DNA of 20,000 bases from an uncultured bacterium (lineage in GTDB: Bacteria; B130-G9), in assembly GCA_965372715.1 (NCBI GenBank), contig CBDVDH010000010.1:55699-75698 (forward strand). Reading direction: 5' to 3'. The notes under the pieces are model-generated. The model did not search any database. It had not been told where the DNA came from and saw only the letters and a program-made list of their open reading frames with translations. The position numbers and the translations under genes are program-made. Position 1 is the stretch's first letter; each line of letters opens with the position of its first letter. Shown here in pieces: positions 17,797-20,000 of this stretch.

Positions 17797-18641
17797 CTCC
17801 TGAAAGCCTGCTTACGCCGTTGAGAGCTTCTCAGTGATGCAGGCTGTGGTCCTACAGAGGCGCTTGCGTCACCACTCCCTCTGCACGAACCAGACGTGTA
17901 GTATACCTTGGACGTGATGCGGGCCCTCGAGGGATAGACCCAGATCTGCATCGTATGGTGCCACTGAGATGCATATCCGTCAGCGTAAACGTAACCACGG
18001 CCGCGGTCATCCATCTGCCAGTCGCCCGAAACCTGGGCCGTGTAATCCTGACCATAGGAATACCATGTCCCCCCCACGTAGCACGAAATTGAGACGTAAA
18101 CGTTTATACTGGCCTCTATGAGATGCCAGTATCCATTCTTGTAGGTGAACTTCGCGAAGGCACCGCTGTCCCCTGTCCATGTCCGTTGATATGGCCCCTC
18201 GTAGAAGTGAAACTCGGCCAGAGCGGGTGGACACACCAGGTCTAAGGTTTCGAACTCGGTCAGCGCTAGCGCGACAAGGTAGGGACCCGTGGTGGATGAG
18301 AAGGCCAGAATATCCCCGCGAAAGGCCCCGAAGAAGTGATTGTCCACGGTCGAGCCATCCGCAGCAAAAAGGGAAGATATAAACGGGGCAGGCGTCAAAA
18401 GCGGGTCAGACAGGTCCGGGGAGAGGAATCTGACCGTGCCTGCCTCATCTATGATGGCCAGATACACGTCGGTCAGCATGTCGGGCGCATCCCAGTGCAA
18501 CGAGCCCCATACGCGTAGGTAGCGCTCCAATTCCATCTCTTCGGGATACATTTGAAGGCTCAACTCCGACTCGGCGACCGCTGCGCCCAGAAAAACGCCG
18601 CCCATCAAACAGATGCTCAATACGCAAATGAGTCGCTTCAT
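17793..18641 (-). CDS. Secreted hypothetical protein carrying the recurrent uncharacterised domain
   Basis: ATG 18641 after SD GGAGGG; signal peptide MKRLICVLSICLMGGVFLGAAVA; beta-rich aromatic C-terminal half. Confidence 0.8.
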   Translation of the reverse strand: MKRLICVLSICLMGGVFLGAAVAESELSLQMYPEEMELERYLRVWGSLHWDAPDMLTDVYLAIIDEAGTVRFLSPDLSDPLLTPAPFISSLFAADGSTVDNHFFGAFRGDILAFSSTTGPYLVALALTEFETLDLVCPPALAEFHFYEGPYQRTWTGDSGAFAKFTYKNGYWHLIEASINVYVSISCYVGGTWYSYGQDYTAQVSGDWQMDDRGRGYVYADGYASQWHHTMQIWVYPSRARITSKVYYTSGSCRGSGDASASVGPQPASLRSSQRRKQAFRR

Positions 18642-18795
18642 CGGTCGGCCCTCCAATTCTGTTGTGTATTATTGACCCCCTCAACCCTATCACAGGGGCT
18701 GGCGTCTTGGGAAGCGCATTTCGCCGACAAAGCACAAGCAGGTGCTAAGTGGCCAGAGGTCTCGAACCGCGCCGATTGAGGACGGCAAAGTTCAA

Positions 18796-19212
18796 TTACT
18801 GGCCATTGGCTGTCTGGATTTCTGGTGGGGTTCTCCGCCCTCGATCTGTCTTGTCGAAATCGCTGTCATAGCTGACGATTATAAGATCAGATTTCTGGGC
18901 CGCCGCGTATTGGTAGGCATCGTCGAAGTCAAGCCTAAAACTCTCCACGACATCGCAGACGGAAAGCATGTCCGTCTCATTTAGCCGTTTCACACCAATG
19001 CCCAGTCCGAAGACAATATCGCTCAGAAATTCCTGAAAAGCCTGAACCTGCCGCCTGCGCACAAGGAAAACGCCTATCGAGTGTAGCGAGAAGTCAGAGA
19101 GAAACGACTCGTGCTGGCCTGCGGCGCGCTTCAGGAAAGCGCCGGCCTCAGAGGCTCTGTCCTGATCGAGGAGCACCTCCAAGAAGATGTTAGTATCAAT
19201 CAGGAGCCTCAT
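18796..19212 (-). CDS. vapC: VapC-family PIN domain toxin
   Basis: MRLLIDTNIFLE, SDFSLHSIG, LDFDDAYQYAAA, IVSYDSDFD: PIN acidic residues conserved; overlaps the upstream antitoxin. Confidence 0.9.
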   Translation of the reverse strand: MRLLIDTNIFLEVLLDQDRASEAGAFLKRAAGQHESFLSDFSLHSIGVFLVRRRQVQAFQEFLSDIVFGLGIGVKRLNETDMLSVCDVVESFRLDFDDAYQYAAAQKSDLIIVSYDSDFDKTDRGRRTPPEIQTANGQ

Positions 19213-19432
19213 CCGCCCCTATTCTCCATTCGGAGATCTTGTGTTGTAGCTCAACGGAAGTGTACTTGTCCCGAAGGTCCCTGGCGGCGCCCGCCCAGTT
19301 GAACTTCGCCTTGCCTCGTCGCTTCCTAGCGTTCTTCTCGAACAAGAACTCAGCGAAGTCCCTCACCTCAGATTGAGCCTCAGGAGGCAATTCCTGTATC
19401 AGTTCCTCTACGGACTTGGTCGAATCACTCAT
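19196..19432 (-). CDS. DUF2281-family putative antitoxin
   Basis: ATG 19432 after GGAGAGGAG; IQELPPEAQSEVRDFAEFLFEK...FNWAGAARDLRDKYTSVELQHKISEW; 78 aa, directly upstream of the PIN gene. Confidence 0.85.
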   Translation of the reverse strand: MSDSTKSVEELIQELPPEAQSEVRDFAEFLFEKNARKRRGKAKFNWAGAARDLRDKYTSVELQHKISEWRIGADEAPD

Positions 19433-19705
19433 GCTCCTCTCCTTCATACAAATACCTAGTCTCACGATACAATAGCAGGTCGAGTTGGCTTGATCACTTG
19501 GAACAAGCTGCGATGTGCGATCAGTCTCGGTTCGGGTGTTCTCCGAAGCACATCGTGCGACGCGCAGCCGGATACCTGAAAGGAGCCCATGAGATGAGGT
19601 AGTAGTGAACGAGGCGGACATTCTCACCTCAAATAGGCAAATCATTTCGATACGCGTTGAGAAAGAAAGACCTCGGCGGGGACCTACACTCCCATCTGGG
19701 GATGA

Positions 19706-19876
19706 GGCAGCGCCGTGGGCGGAGGAGGCCTCTGGTTGGCAGGGGCACGCCAGGACGCCGCAATAGCGGGGGGATATGTTTGGTTCGCCGCTCTGACCCC
19801 GCCGGGCCAAATAACGCAGCGCCTCGCCGTTTCGAGCGCGGCGTGGGAGTTTGGTATGAAGGCGGGGACGAATTAG
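19706..19876 (+). pseudogene. Degraded gene fragment encoding the end of the recurrent domain
   Basis: Open frame ...AAIAGGYVWFAALTPPGQITQRLAVSSAAWEFGMKAGTN*, bounded upstream by TGA at 19703; no convincing start. Confidence 0.4.
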
Positions 19877-19931
19877 CGGGAGCTGCAGGGACTCGGACGA
19901 CAGCTTGCCGTGCTGAAACGTGGTAGGTCTC

Positions 19932-20000
19932 GTAGGGGCGGTGCGTGGCCCCCCCATCACGGGATTTGAACGAACAAGAGGGGGGGGGGCAGCCCCCCCC
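19932..20000. repeat. Degenerate or truncated REP doublet at the window end
   Basis: GTAGGGGCGGTGCGTGGCCCCCCC resembles the reverse complement of 8609-8632; the partner arm is reduced to G/C runs. Confidence 0.5.

Noticed and set aside
19433-19960. N-terminal extension making a 254-aa antitoxin
   Set aside because: The family-like sequence and a strong SD begin at ATG 19432; the extension is low-information and starts inside a REP.
19980-20000. G-run/C-run hairpin as a terminator or G-quadruplex
   Set aside because: It lies at the window edge in the place of a REP arm and is likely decayed or poorly called sequence.

Overview
Bacterial genomic window, standard genetic code. Left part (minus strand): a housekeeping block of PIN/TRAM protein (yacL-like), ispD, ispF, tRNA-Thr(TGT) and tRNA-Tyr(GTA). 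It is followed by a gene the ORF track misses: a secreted TlpA/redoxin-fold protein with an in-frame UGA in a U-S-H-C redox motif, a SECIS-like hairpin and Ig-like C-terminal domains, running off the window edge (candidate extracellular selenoprotein). Upstream lie a membrane Ser/Thr kinase-TPR gene with altered catalytic motifs and a LysM lipoprotein gene. A divergent operon with a near-consensus sigma70 promoter (7965-14589, +) encodes three tandem paralogous unknown proteins, a secreted beta-propeller-like protein and a large Fn3/glycoside-hydrolase-like protein. Right part (minus strand): a DUF2281-VapC toxin-antitoxin pair, a secreted unknown protein, an HExxH metallopeptidase, an FGE-sulfatase-domain protein and a membrane protein. 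An uncharacterised ~110 aa domain appears to recur in three proteins and two gene fragments. GTAG-type REP/REPIN palindromes occupy several intergenic regions. All calls come from motif reading by eye; no searches were run.
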